64,000 nt of DNA, taken from contig CM059432.1 in assembly GCA_030390025.1 (NCBI GenBank), positions 31,746,001-31,810,000 on the forward strand. The letters are read 5' to 3'. This DNA is from Squalus acanthias (lineage: Eukaryota). A program made the position numbers and the translations under genes. Under the pieces are notes generated by a model. That model saw nothing but the letters and a program-made list of their open reading frames with translations. It ran no database searches and had not been told where the DNA came from. How positions within the stretch are numbered: the stretch's first letter is position 1; every line of letters starts with the position of its first letter. Of the stretch, positions 47,821 through 61,620 are shown piece after piece.

Positions 47821-49199
47821 TATTAACCTAGGCAGTGAATGTTGGCTGCCTGTTTGGTTGTGGGAATTCCTCTTGTTGTCCATGCTGTGAGCTTTGCAGC
47901 AACCATCAACCGATAGAAATTCTCAAGGAGTCCTAAGGCCAAAGTAGCGATCTGTTTACTGCCCCAGTTGAGATTGGCTAACTCAGCGTTGGCTGGTAAT
48001 CAAACCGGGCCACCTTGGTGTGCATGACTCAGTTTCACACTGGGCAATGAACTTTCCAACAGAGCCACTGGTTTGGCAGATAAGACCAGTTTTATGGCAT
48101 TGCTCAGCACTAGATGATGCCCAAGAAATGGGATTTTTACAGAATTATTTCAGATCATGTGTAGCCACTACAGTGCGAAATGAATGTTTAGACACCAGCA
48201 TCTGTTTCATTTTCACTGGCATGCTGTACAAAATGAAACACTAAACATTCTCCAAACAACCATACCGTGATCTAAAATAACCAATCATAATTTCTGCAGT
48301 CACAGATATAATGCTTAATGACTTTTGTTGCTTTGAAAAAGATGTCCTCTATGAATCCTGTAATGCAACTGCACCCACATCAACTTTATCTACAGTATCT
48401 ACCTCCTTGTTTCTTTCACTCTCCTTCTCTGTCCTCTTCAAGGGGTTGACTTCCTCATTGGGCTATGCTTCCCCAGGTGTCTGGTGCCCAACATTCATGG
48501 GTGAGTGCTGGCTGGCTATCGGACTGTGATTATCCTTTTTCTGTCCACACATGCACTTCCACAAGAGCTGTTGTATAACAATCATGATCTGGCTGAGTGA
48601 TTTTGTTTTTATGATTACTCCCAGGAGGCTAATTGTCATGGGCCTAGCACTGCTCTGATGGATCAGCTAACTCAACAAAAACAATGAAACTAAATCAGTG
48701 TTTCAGTTGGACTCATGACTGGGTTACACTTAACCAATCATGTGTGAATCTGTGTGGTCTGATATTTATCCAATGTGTATGTTTTTTTCCACTCTGCCCG
48801 CCCCATCCTTTGGTTCTTTCTCTGCTTCACTGCAGCTGGAGATACTTTGGGGCCTGTTGCAGCTGTGTTTGACCCAAATTCTTTAAGCATGAGTTCATTG
48901 CTTTTTTATTTCAAATTGGAAAACTAAAAGTCCCGATGGTGAGAAATTTTGCTCGCAGTGCTAAACCCTAGCCGAGCCAATTGAGAGAAACTGCAAGTAC
49001 CTATAGCTCACTCCCGGAGACTAGGGTGTGTCCATTTTTGCTTGATGAATGATTTTTGTATGACTGTATGCTTACAATTCACTTTTTTAAAATAATATTC
49101 TGGATCCCTCCCTTTTTTAAAAAAGATGTCCTGAATTATTTCTATTATGTTTAGACGAGTTAAAATACACACACACTTTTTTTCTGCTACATACCTCAG

Positions 49200-49682
49200 G
49201 AATGGATCTATTGGCTGTGGAAGGGCATACCGTGCAGATTCACCAGAATAATACTAGAGCTAAAATGCTTAAGTTATGAGAACAGGTTGCATAAACCTGG
49301 CTTGTGTTCCCTTTGAGTTTAGAAGATTGAGGGATAATCGAATTGAATTGTTCAAAATGATTCGGTCGGGTAGATATAGAGAAACTATTTGCTGTGGGGG
49401 TGGAATCCAGAACAAGGGGCCATAATCTTAAAATTAGAACTAGGACATTTAGGATTGAATCAGCAAGTACTTTTTCCACATAGAGTAGTGGAAATCTGGA
49501 ACTGTCTTTCCTGAAAGACTGTGGATGCTGGATCAATTTTCAGGATGGAGTTTGATAGATTTTTATTAGGTAAGGATATTGAGCAATATGCAGAAAAGGC
49601 GGGTAAATGGAGTTGAGCCGTGATCTAACAATGGTTGAACAGGCTCAAGGGACTGAATGGCTTCTCCTGTTCCTATGTTCCT
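49200..49682 (+). mobile_element. Old CR1 3' fragment
   Basis: SRTRGHNLKIR-like sequence; TTCCTATG tail. Confidence 0.7.
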
Positions 49683-51049
49683 AGTGCCCTCTACCTTGCC
49701 TATAATTCTCAGATATAATGGTAACCTCGGTGTGGGCCAGGTACTCCCTCCCACAGTATCTCAAAACCTATCTCTTCAAATGCATCTTCAATCACATCCA
49801 CCAACTCACCTCATCTCCCACTTCCTCTTCAGTGTCTGAAGATGGCAGGAATAAATATGATGTGGAAGACCATTCATCCTGTTTTAGTTCGTCCATCAAG
49901 GGAGACCCGACATTGCTCCTGCCCTCCTCACCGTCCCAGTGTATTATCTAGTTTTTTTTTCTTGAATGTTTCCAGTGTTTTCACCTCCATTACTCTACCC
50001 CAGAAATCTATTTTATGTATTGATCACTATTTGTGTGAAGGAGAACCTCCTGACCATAAGTATTAAATTTGCTTTTACGGTGTAAAACTATTTCCTTGGT
50101 CTATTTGCGCAATTTAGTTTGAAGTAACTTTCTGGATTTACCTTTTCCATACTATGCTATATATTTTTTAAAGATCACTTTTCAGCCTCCTCATTTCAAA
50201 GCTGAAAAGTCAAAGTTTCTATAGTTTTCATAACTCAGACACAGATCAGTCTTGTGTCTGTGTTCTCAATTTCCTCGAGTGCTTGAATGCCTCCGTTGTG
50301 TCTCGGTTCACATCTGGGCATATTACTTGAGATTTTGGTCTGACCAGAGCACTATACAGGTTGACCATGAGTTCCTCTGACTACTTATTGTTTTAGCTAT
50401 GTAGTTCAGAATTCAATTTGCTTTGTCACATAGGAACAAGAGCTGGCCATTTGGCCTCTTCTGCTATTCGGTTAGATTATGGCTGATTTTGTTGATGTGC
50501 TGCTCAGCACTGATTGGAAATATTGAACCTAGAATCTATGAAGACCTCCAGATCTCAGTCAGTTTCATCCTTAGCTATTTCAGCATCATTCATGTTACTT
50601 TTTTTTCCCGTACTGCAAGCAGGAAGGAAAAATAAGCAACTTTATACTTGTCTATTAAACTTCATCTGCTATTCTGTCAGTTGCATATTTTGTTCAATTC
50701 ATTTGCTTTCATACTTAACAGCTCGCTGGGGTTTGGGATTGCTCCTATGCAATGGAAAGAGACTGATGTGCAGTCACTATGTAAAAAGGGCAATGTCTAA
50801 ACTGAGAAATTGCAGGCCTATTAGCTTGACTTCAGTTATAGGCAAGTCGCGAGAATGGATCATAAGAGAAACACTGTTTGACAACCTTGACAGATAGAGA
50901 GGGTCTTCATATAGCTTCTAGAAAAGGAGGTCATCTCTTGCCAACTTAGTTCAATTTGTTGAGGAAATTACTAGGTTGGTGGAATTGGGTCCCAGTTGAC
51001 ATTGTATACCTTGATTTTCAAAAAGCCTTTGACAAGGTGCCACACAATT

Positions 51050-51909
51050 TCCTAGGCCCAACCATCTTCAGCTGCTTCATCAATGACCTTTTCATCCATC
51101 ATAAGGTCAGAAGTGGGGATATTCACTGATTGCAGTGTTCAGTTCCATTTGCAACTCCCCAGATAATGAAACGGTCCATGCCCGCACGCAACAAGACCTG
51201 GACAACTTTCAGGCTTGGGCTGATAAGTGGCAAGTAAATTTGCGCCACACAAGTGCCAGGCAATGACTGTCTCCAACAAGAGAGTGGCTAACTACCGCCT
51301 CTTGACATTTAACTGCATTACCATCGCTAAATCCCCCACCATCAACATCCTGGGGGGTCACCATTGACCAGAAACTTAACTGGACCAGCCACATAAATAC
51401 TGTGGCAAAAAGAGCAGGTCAGAGGCTGTGTATTCTGCGGCAAGTGTCTCACCTCCAGACTCCCCAAAGCCTTTCCACCATCTACAAAGCACAAGTCAGG
51501 AGTGTGATGAAATACTTTCCACTTGCCTGGATGAATGCAGCTCCAACAACATTCAAGAAGCTCGACACCATCCAGGACAAAGCAGCCTGCTTGATTGGCA
51601 CCCCATCCACCACCTTAAACATTCACTCCCTCCACCACCGGCGTACCGTGGCTGCAGTGTGTGCCATCTATAAGATACACTGCAGCAACTCGCCAAGGCT
51701 CCTTCGACAGCACCTCCTAAACCCACGACCTCCTCCACCTAGAAGAACAAGGGCAGCACTGGGGTGGACAAAATATTTTGTCCTTCACCACACAGACTGC
51801 AGTGGTTCAAGAAAGTGGCTCACCACGACCTTTTCAAGGGCAATTAGGGATGGGCCATAACTGCTGGCCTTGCCAGTGACACTCACATCCCAGGAATGAA
51901 TAAAAAAAA
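51050..51909 (+). mobile_element. LINE 3' fragment, same family as 35645-36945
   Basis: LSTIYKAQVRSVM...SLHHRRTVAAVC; shared 3' end CACATCCCAGGAATGAATAAAA. Confidence 0.8.
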
Positions 51910-51920
51910 GTAGCCTGCTT

Positions 51921-52250
51921 GTCAGCCTTGGCTCAGTAGTAGCACTCTTGCTTCTTGAGTCAGAAGCTTGTGGGTTCCAATCACTCCAGAGACTTGAGCA
52001 CATAATCTAGTCTGACACTTCTGTGAATACAGCCAGTACTGCACTGAAGAGCAGGGGAGTTTTCCCTGTTGTCTTGGCCACTATTTAGCCCTCAACTAAC
52101 ATCAATAAAAAAAATCTGATTATCTGGTCATTATCTCCTTGTTGTGTGAAAATTGGCTGCCTCGTTTCCTGCATTATAACAGTGACTATACTTCAAAAAC
52201 TATTTCATTGCTTGTAAACTGCTTTGGGATGCTCTGAGGTTGTGAATGTT
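51921..52250 (+). mobile_element. Deu-type SINE, internally deleted
   Basis: Head and tail match 545-992. Confidence 0.7.
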
Positions 52251-53546
52251 TTTCTTTTCTTTAATAAACATTCAAAAGGAAGCTGGACCAGTTCTTAAGT
52301 GTTTTAAGATATAACTACGCATAGAAATTAGATGGGTAATGGAGGATGTGCCTCTTGGTCACTGTGGTCTCCTGGAACTTGTTTGATCGTTTTCAGGAGT
52401 CAGAATAATTTCCAATTTTTCCCCCCTAAATTGGCATGAAGTTTTTTGCTTCTTCCAGGAGATTGTGGGGGTGGATGGGGGTCATGTTGTGCATAAGTTT
52501 TTAATGGGGCAGTGCAGCATAGCAACAGTCATTTGTGTTATGGAAAAATGATTAGGTTGCTATCAAATGTACAAGTGGTGCACTATTGCTTTAAAGCCAT
52601 CTGATGGGAAGATGAATTTACACTTCTTTGGGGAGCTTTGATCATTTTGCACACTGAAGTGTCGAAAGCTTTGAATAATTTCTCCTATCCTAATGAAGTG
52701 ATCATTTTACCTGGCGGGGTGGCGTCGGCAGGAAGAGAAACAAACGTGATTGGAGAAGGAAAAATTGATCATGTTTCCAACCGGCCTATAAGTATCCAAT
52801 CCGCGTTAACTGAAGTACCGAACCTTAGTTACAACCCCATTAATTTTGAAGGTAGTTGGAAGAAAATATACGTTGTAACCTCAATGTTATTACAACTTCG
52901 ATGTTTTGCTTTATCTTACCCCCACACTAACCGTTTTCCCCCCATCTATCCTGATGGCACTGATGTGCTGGGATATAATTCCGTAAGTCATCAATCTTCA
53001 TGTGTGCGTCCAGACAGTGAATGTTGCCAGTGGATAATAGCAGCCAACTGATCCTGCCCTCACCCAAGACTTGTATATGTGACCTTTCCAGCAGAAATTG
53101 TTGCACAGTCATTTGGACCACTGATGGAGGGTTCAGTCTTCAAAGTAATAAGGCGCCATAAAATGAAATAAATCTTGAAATGAGAACTTTCTCAGGGCAG
53201 TGAGACTGGTGCATTTAGCAGCAGATCACTGGAGGGCATATGACTGACTGAACCAGTGGCTATTTTCCAACAACTGCGTATGCTTACTGCTCTTTGTACA
53301 GGGCTCTGGGACTTGAGTTTCTTGGAATTTACAAACCACTTGCAATAAAAACTCAGAACTTTGTCAAATACAACACAATCCCTTCTCTAATGTTGGTGCC
53401 CAGTGATTTTGCTAGCTGCTATTATGAATATCTAGTGGTTCCATAGCCTTCACTTCAAGTTAAAATGCTGGTTCCTGTACAGAGAAGAGCCAGGAGGTTG
53501 TGTCTAGTCCCTAGTGTCAGAAGGTTGACTTGGAAGGAGAGACTGG

Positions 53547-53980
53547 TCAACCTTGGCTCTCGCTCTGAGTGAGTCAGAAGGTCTTTGCTTCAAGCCCCAC
53601 TCCAGAGACTTGAGCATATAATTTAGGCTGAAACTCCAGTGCTACACTGTTGGAGGTGCCATCTTTCGGATGAGATGTTAAACCGAGGGTCCGCCTGGTC
53701 CCTCAGGTGGATGTAACAGATCCCATGGTGCTATTTCGAAGAAGAGCAGGGACGTTCTCCCCGGTGTCCTGGTCAATACTTATCCCTCAACCAGTATTAC
53801 AAACAGATAATCTGGTCATTATCACATTGCTGTTTGTGGGGTTTGCTGACCTTGTTTGCAAATTGACTGCCTTAATTACAACATTGACTACACTTCAAAA
53901 GTACTTCATTGGCTGTGCGAGGTCCTGAGTTTGTGAAAGGTGCTATATAAATGCAGTCTTTCTTTAAATGCAAGTCTTTT
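53547..53980 (+). mobile_element. Deu-type SINE
   Basis: Matches 545-992 along its length. Confidence 0.78.
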
Positions 53981-54074
53981 TTTCAACCTTGAAAGAAGGC
54001 TGAAGTGGGTGATTATTTAGAGATATAGAAGAGATTAAATAGCATTGAAGAAGAAAATCCAGAACACTGCTTTA

Positions 54075-55820
54075 AGGTGTGAGGCTTGTAAGAAAGGTAC
54101 TGCAATAATCATGGGTGATTTTAATCTTCATATAGATTGGACAAATCAAATTGGCAAAGGTAGCCTTGAGGAAGAGTTCATAGTGTATTTGGGATGGTTT
54201 CTTAGAACAATACATTGTGGAACCAACCAGGGAGCAGGCTATTTTAGACCTGGTAATGTGTAATGAGACAGGATTAATTAATCTCCTCCTGGTAAAGGAT
54301 CCTCCCAGGGAAGAGTGATCATAGCATGTTAGAATTTCAAATTTAGTTTGAGGGTGAGAAACTTGGGTTTCAAACTAGTGTCCTGAACTTAAATAAGGGC
54401 AATTACAAAAGTATGAAGACAGAGTTGGCTAAAGTGGACTGGGAAAATAGATTTAAAGGGTAAGATGGTAGATAAGCAGTTGCAGACATTTAAGGAGATA
54501 TTTCATAACTCTCAGCAAAGATATATTCCAGTGAGAAAGAAAGACTCTTGAGAAGAATGAACCATGCGTGGCTAACTAAGGAAGTTAAGGATGGTATCAA
54601 ATTGAAAACAAAAGCATACAATGATGCGAAGATTAGTGGTAGGCCAGAGGATTGGGAAATTTTTAGAAACCAGCAGAGGACGACTAAAAAAAAATAGAGA
54701 GAAGATAGATTGAGAGTAAACTAGCAAGAAATATAAAAATAGACAGTAAGAGCTTCTACAAGTATATGAAAAGGAAGAGAGTAACTAAAGTAAACGTTGG
54801 TCCCTTAGAGGATGAGACTGGGGAATTAATAATGGGAAACAGGGAAATGACAGAGACTTTGAACAAATATTTAGTATCGGTCTTCACGGTAGAAGACACT
54901 AAAAGCATCCCAGTAATAATAGATAATCAAGGGGCTTTAGGGAAGGGGGAACTTAAAACAATCACCATCACTAGAGAAAAAGTACTAGGTAAACTTACGG
55001 GACTAAAGGTGGACAAGTCCCCTGCACCTGATGGCCTGCATCCTAGGGTCTTAAAAGAAGTGGCTGCAGAGATAGTGGATGCATTGGTTGTAATCTACCA
55101 AAATTCCCTGGATTCTGGAGAGGTCCCAGCGGATTGGAAATCTGCAAATGTAACACCTCTATTCAAGAAAGGAGGGAGACAGAAAGCAGGAAACTATAGA
55201 CCAGTTAGCCTAACATCTGTCATTGGGAAAATGCTGGAATCCATTATTAAGGAAGTAGTAGCAGGACATTTAGAAAGTCATAATACAGTCAAGCAGAGTC
55301 AGCATGGTTTTATGAAAGGGAAATCGTGTTTGACAAATTTACTAGAGTTCTTTGAGGATGTAACGAGCAGGGTGTATAAAGGGAAACCAGTAGATGTAGT
55401 GTATTTGGATTTCCGGAAGGCATTCAATAAGGTGCCACATAAAAGGTTACTGCACAAGATAAGAGCTCATGGGGTTGGGGATAATATATTAGCATGGATA
55501 GAGGATTGGCTAACTTACAGGAAAGAGAGTTGGGATAAATGGGTAATTTTCAAGTTGGCAAAGTGTAATTAGTGGGGTGCCACAGGGATCAGTGCTGGGG
55601 CCTCAGCTGTTTACAATTTATATTAATGACTTGGATGAAGGGACCGAGTGTAATGCAGCCAAATTTGCTGCTGATACAAAAATAGGTGGGAAAGCAAGTT
55701 GTGAAGAGGACACACAGAATCTGCAAAGGGATACAGATAAGTTAAGTGAGTGGGCAAAAATTTGGCAGATTGAGTATAATGTGGAAAAATGTGAGGTTAT
55801 CCACTTTGGTAGGAAAAATG
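54075..55820 (+). mobile_element. CR1 ORF2 internal fragment
   Basis: IMGDFNLHIDW; 268-aa open RT segment; [11 protein letters not shown]; no 3' tail. Confidence 0.88.
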
Positions 55821-58764
55821 GCTGGAATGATAAATATTGCAATGGTATGCAGGATGGGGTGCTATTTTGAGGCTTGGGTTAAAGCATGTCATCAAGATAC
55901 CATACCTGACCGTGACATGCTGGTGGTGACGCTAGGTACAAGGAGGGAGAAATATGAAACATTTTTAACTATCAGTTTTTTAATACCGTTTTTAGATAAA
56001 ATAGCTGGAGTATTGACAGTGTGACTCCCTTCTCAGTGAGGTAATGAAACACTGATGTACTTGTCCTGAGGTGGGTAATGGTGCCTGCTCCATTAGTAGC
56101 TGCTGCAGTGGGTAGATGCATTGCTTTTTGTCACAGTACTGCAGTGTTAACGCTTGTCTTTGAAGCATGATTAAAAGACCTACTTGAACAATCTGCAGCA
56201 ATTCTAAAAACCGTAAACTTGAGTCTGCGGTGTGCAGATATTGACAGTATTATGACGTTCAGTCACGCGTCGGAATGGGGGCAGAGCTGAGAACTGTCGG
56301 TTGCCATGACATTACCCTGAAAACCTCTTTTAAGCTGCCAAATTGTTCTAGCTTTTAATGGTGATGGCACGTCTGTGTGTATTGTTCCTTCGCCCCTGCA
56401 GCATTGAGTCACTTGTGCTCACCTCCTTAAATCGTCTGTATAAACCTTTCATTTCAGTAATTAATTTGGACCTTAATTATTGTCCATTCACACAAAGTCT
56501 TGCGGAGCTTCTAAGGAGAGATTTTCACCCCATGGATCCCAGTTGTTTTGTTCAAGTTCCCCAAAAAGAAACTGGCATGCTGATGAAGCATTTTGCAAGG
56601 TGAGTGGGTAGCTCTATTTGAACTGAACAGAGCCATGAAATAATAAAGAAAATTAGGTTTCCCATATGAGCGCTCATTTCAATACAGGAATTGAATGAGA
56701 CAGCTACCTTCAAAAAATTTACGGGGCTATTGCTTTGTATTATTTCTGTCGTGGGAGTTCATGTTAAGAACTGTTAAGCAGGAATAAAGCCCCAAATAAT
56801 GACTTTGTAAACTCTGAATAGGAAGGCTACATTCTGCCTTAGTGGGTGGGGAATGTGATTAATTGAATAGCTCTTTCAAACAGCTAGCACAGGTGCAATG
56901 GGCTGAATGGCCTCCTTCTGTGCTGTATCATTCTATGATTCTATCTGTAGTGGAGCAATGTATTGCCATTGGGTTTTGAGGAGTATTTTTTAAATATTGG
57001 AGCAAAATACTTGAGCTGCTATAAATTTCAAGTTGCCCATTGGACCTGCGCCTCTCTTGGCCCCAGTTTTCGCCTGCCTTCTTGCCCCTCGTCATCTCCT
57101 AAGACAGCCTAGCAATAGTGGAATGTCCAGTTCATTAATTAAAGGATATTTGTGCAGCCTGGGCAGTAGATTGGGTACTACAATCTGCTTCAGTACCCCT
57201 GGACTAGCGAGAGGAAAATGAGCCAGGTTTCCAGACAAAACAGTGATTCCTGCAGGAAAGTAAGACCTGTTTTAATTAGTTTATTTCATATTATTGAAGG
57301 AAAAAAGGTGAAGAGCCAACAAACTTAGATGATTCCAAGCTTGTGTTTTTAATCCTGTGGAGTATAGGCAGACGTAAGGAAGTTCAATTTTAAGGTGGAA
57401 AGAAATGGGTTAATGTTGGTGATGGTGCAATAAAGTGCATGTGAATATTGGGTGATCACAGCCATGAGATGCTACATGATTGTATATGATACATTACGCT
57501 TCAAAGCGTATGTTATCCCAAGCGAAGTCTGCAAAAGTACGTTATTTACCTTGTAATGTAAAGTATTTGCAGAGTTGAAGTTGAGCACTGCTTGTGTCTG
57601 AATAATTGACAATGGGAATACTGTATGTTGCCATTGTTTTCTGACTGGGGACAGCCCGGAGGTTGCTACTGAGGTGACTCGGTTTTTGCTGTAGTGCTCA
57701 AAGCTCAGTCTTGCAGCGTACTTGAGACTTTCCCTGTATCTTGAGCGATGATATTTCAGGTTTTTTTTTGTAAGCAGCAAGTTGGGGCTTGTGTTTGCTA
57801 ATGATGCCTTTAAGAATAAGAAGCTTGTTTGAAATGCTCTTATTTGTCTTTCTGTAGCCATTTGTAGTTGAAATAACTTATTAAATAACGCCTTTCACGA
57901 CCTCGGGGTGTCCCAAAGTACTTTACAGACAATGAAGTTGAGTATTGGATAAAACATTAATTTCAAAGTTTTCTGTGTGGGGTGGTCCCCTGCAAATGCT
58001 GGCAGGATCCCAAGGGCCCTGTGTAATTTTTATAAAATGCAGTGTCTGCTGCCCAAACACTGCAATCGTTGCAGAAAACATATTTTATTAGTGTACAGAT
58101 ACATAAGTGCTAATAATCAGATACAGACCAGTACAGAGATATCACTATAGTGAAATCCCAGTTTGAAAACCTGTAGCCTAAATTTGGCTTCTACATTTAA
58201 GTGAATTGACTTGGGGGTTTTGAAGTTGAAGCAGTTTCCCTTACAGGGTAGTAGAATCAGAGAAATTACTGGAGATTTTTAGCCTGTTGTGCCAGCGCCA
58301 GTTCTACAACTGAAGCTGTCTTCTTCAAACCTTTTTCCCTGCGTTATCCTCAATCCAGTATAAATATTTCACTCTTAATTTAATTTGTAACTTTTCTCTC
58401 ATGTACAGTGGTATGTTTATGAATGTTTTGTTCTTTATTTAATACAAAGTATTGCTGCTACAGTTTTCTGTCCCTTTCCCTTGCTGCTGCTGATGCATGT
58501 TGGGGTGCAGTTCCACAGGTGCCAGCTGTCCTCTGGTACTTTGCCCAGGTCCCATTCTTCATGTGAGCTGAGACCGTGCGACAGTGAGCGTAATCCTGTC
58601 CTCGCCTAATCTTTCCACGTGTGAACTTTCCAGCAGAGGTCGCTAGATCAGGAAGAGGCTCTCCCACCTTCCCTCGTCCAGTGGCACTGAGGCCAATAGT
58701 GGAACCCTGACTGCTATTCAGGCTGAGAACAGACTAGCGATCAAATCTGGGAAATATCTCAATT

Positions 58765-59120
58765 GGTGGCAGGTTATGGTAGTTTAGTGTTGTATTAGTA
58801 ACCCAGAAGCCTGGACTAAAAATCCAGAGAATGCAACTTCAAATCCCATCATGGCACTTTGAGAATTTGTATTCAGTTTAGAAAGAATCTGGAAATTAAA
58901 AAGAATCTGCTGTAAGCAAAAGTGAAGTTTTCGGATTGTTGTCAAAAAGCCTTCTGGTTCACTATTGTCCTTTTTAGGGAAGGAAACTTGCTGTTCTTGT
59001 GCGTTCTGGCCTGTGTGTGACTCCAGTCCCATATCAACGTGTTTGACTTTAAATGCCCCAAGGGCAATGTCGGTTTTGCCTGTGACATCCACATCCTGAG
59101 AGTGAAAAAATAAAATAAAA
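58765..59120 (+). mobile_element. tRNA-like SINE, second family (older copy)
   Basis: Homologous to 60095-60524. Confidence 0.65.
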
Positions 59121-60094
59121 AATTGTCAGCTTTCTACTTCATATATGGCATGTAAGTTTACTGCACTTTTCATTTTTTTGAATAATTTTTTTGGGGGTGG
59201 GTGGGAGGAGTGTAGATATTATGAGAGATTAGCTTAGAAGAGCTACTGACGCCAATAGTGTGAGGAACTGAGTTCAGATAGTCATTAACTTTAATAATTA
59301 TCCCAGTGAATGGAAGGACATAATTTTTCTGATGTCTTTGCTTGTGGAAGGGTTCATAGATTAACGGCTAGAATTGTGAGGGAGATTTGAGGACCAGTGG
59401 TTGACAAGCACCTGGCCTGCTAACATTACACAATAGTGACTGAGGATTTATTGCTATTTATCCCACTGACTTTTTCTCTTCCCCGCCCCCCCCCCCCCCA
59501 CTTCTCTCCTGAATGGATTGACTCTCTGTCATCTAACTATGGTTCCACAGATCCCATCCAGTAAGTACCGTACTGCAGCAGTCATTATTGATGTGTGAGC
59601 TTTGATGGTAAAGTGGTGCAGTTTATCACATTGAAGGACATTACAGCCAACCCTAGCCGGTCACTGGCCGCCATTCACGTGCGAGCTTCCTGTAGCAATC
59701 CTGGTTTTGAGCCTTGGCCTGTGCCATGTTAGATGATCTCGGCCATTAAAGATGCTACAGGTAGCTCTGGACTATGGAACAGAAATTCAGTTAGGGTTGG
59801 AGCTCCTGATCGCTATAGAATGACCATGCTAAAAGAGTGTGTTGGTTTGTGTTTAAATCTTCAGAAGAAGGTTCCTGTGTGGAAGTGTGATGTAGTGAAT
59901 TAACACCAGAATATTTTGAGTAGTCTGATTCAATCGCTAAATGAATTGGTCTCCAGTTAAAGTCCTTTTGAATAGACCTAACTTATGTCTGACAGAACTC
60001 TCGGATAGATGGGAGGAGAGGGAGGATGTGTATAATTCTGTTGATCTAATATCTGTGCTTTGCTGAAGTTTCATGTCTAATGACACAACTTAAG

Positions 60095-60524
60095 GTAGTA
60101 TAGTGGTTATGTTACTGGACTAGTAATCCAGAGGCCTGGACTAATGCTCCAGAGACGTGAGTTCAAATCCCATCACGGCAGCTGGGGAATTTAAATTCAG
60201 TTAATTAAATAAAATATGGAATAAAAAAGCTAGTGTTAGTAATGGTGACGATGAAACTACCAGATTGTTGTAAAAACCCATCTGGTTCACTTCTTCCCTT
60301 TTTAGGGAAGGAAATCTGCCATCCTTACCCAGTCTGGCTTATATGTGACTCCAGACCCACAGCAATATGGCTGACTCTTAACTGCCCTCTGCAATGGCCT
60401 CGCAAGCCACTCAATTGTAACAAAGGCTGCAGCGGTTCAGAAAGGCGGCTCACCACCACCTTTTCAAGGGCAATAAATGCTGGCTTTGCCAGTGATGCCC
60501 ACATCCTGTGAATGAATAAAATAA
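60095..60524 (+). mobile_element. tRNA-like SINE, second family, tail shared with the 35645/51050 LINE
   Basis: TAGTATAGTGG A-box-like and GAGTTCAAATCCC B box; 3' ~95 nt match the LINE 3' end. Confidence 0.75.
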
Positions 60525-61024
60525 AACTGTTGCACAGTGGATATCATTGGCACAGCAAATGATATGACTGGGCATTGAACTGTAGGAGGAGAAAGAGAGA
60601 CTACACAGACTGTAGAAATTGAGTTTGTTAAATTCACTCTGCAACATGCCAGGTACCCTGTAGTGACCTCCCTATGAGCTGGCAGTAGTTGAGCTTGTTC
60701 ATAGTCAGTAGCTGCGGTCACTTATTCGTATCTCTACAGACTCTCTACGTGCCTGAGAGTCTAGTTCATGAGTTCTATTATCCTTATCTGGGTGGAAAGG
60801 TAACTTTACTAGCTAGCAAAGTAGTGGTAGTAAGACTGAAACTAGTGAAGTTTCCCAGAAAGTTTGACACAAAGACTTGTATGATTTCAGTGTTATAGGG
60901 CTGTGTATGCGGAATCTCTGAACTGCTAGTTAAGGCATCAGTGCAAATTTCCCCTTCCAAAGATACGATTGTAGGGGCTTGGTAGGCCTGCTAGGAGAAG
61001 CACACTTTTGTTTCTGTTCATTAA

Positions 61025-61620
61025 CAGCAACTACTTGCATTTATATAACTCCTTTTAAAGTAGTAAAACCTCCCACGATGCTTCACAGAAGCATAATCAG
61101 CCAAAAACTGATAGCAAGCTAAAGGAGACATTAGGACAGGTGACCAAAAGCTTGGTCTAAGCAGGAGGTTTTAAGGAGCATCTTTGAGGAGAGAGGGGTG
61201 GACAGGCAGAGGGGCTTGGGGCCTAGATGACTGAAGACACGACAGCCAATGGTGAGGCAAAAGAGGTTAGGGATGCACAAAAGGCCAGAGTTGGAGGAAC
61301 ACAATAGTCTTAAAGGGTTGTAGGGCCTGGAAGAGTTTACTGAGATGGGGGGGAACACGAGGATGAGAATTTTTAAATCGAGGCGCTGCTGGACCTGGAG
61401 CCAATATAGATCAGCGAGCACAGGGGTGAGGGTGAATGGGACTTGGTGCAAGTTAAAATATGGCAAAAGTTTTGGATGTGCTTCAGTTTATGGAGGGTGA
61501 AAGATGGGAGACCAGCTAAGAGAGCATCGTAATAGTCGAGTCTGGAGGTAACAAAAGTATGGTTTCAGCAGCTGATCGGCTGAGCCAGGGGGTGGAGACT
61601 GAGGTGAAAGTAGGTCTATG
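61025..61620 (-). mobile_element. L2 3' fragment
   Basis: TPVLADLYWL...LKILILVF peptide; L2 tail. Confidence 0.8.

Noticed and set aside
52706..52725. TTACCTGGCGGGG resembling the U1 snRNA 5' end
   Set aside because: Similarity stops after about 13 nt; no U1 stem-loops or Sm site.
52638..53051. 137-aa ORF in non-repeat intron sequence
   Set aside because: Non-ATG start, no homology I recognise, no supporting splice structure.
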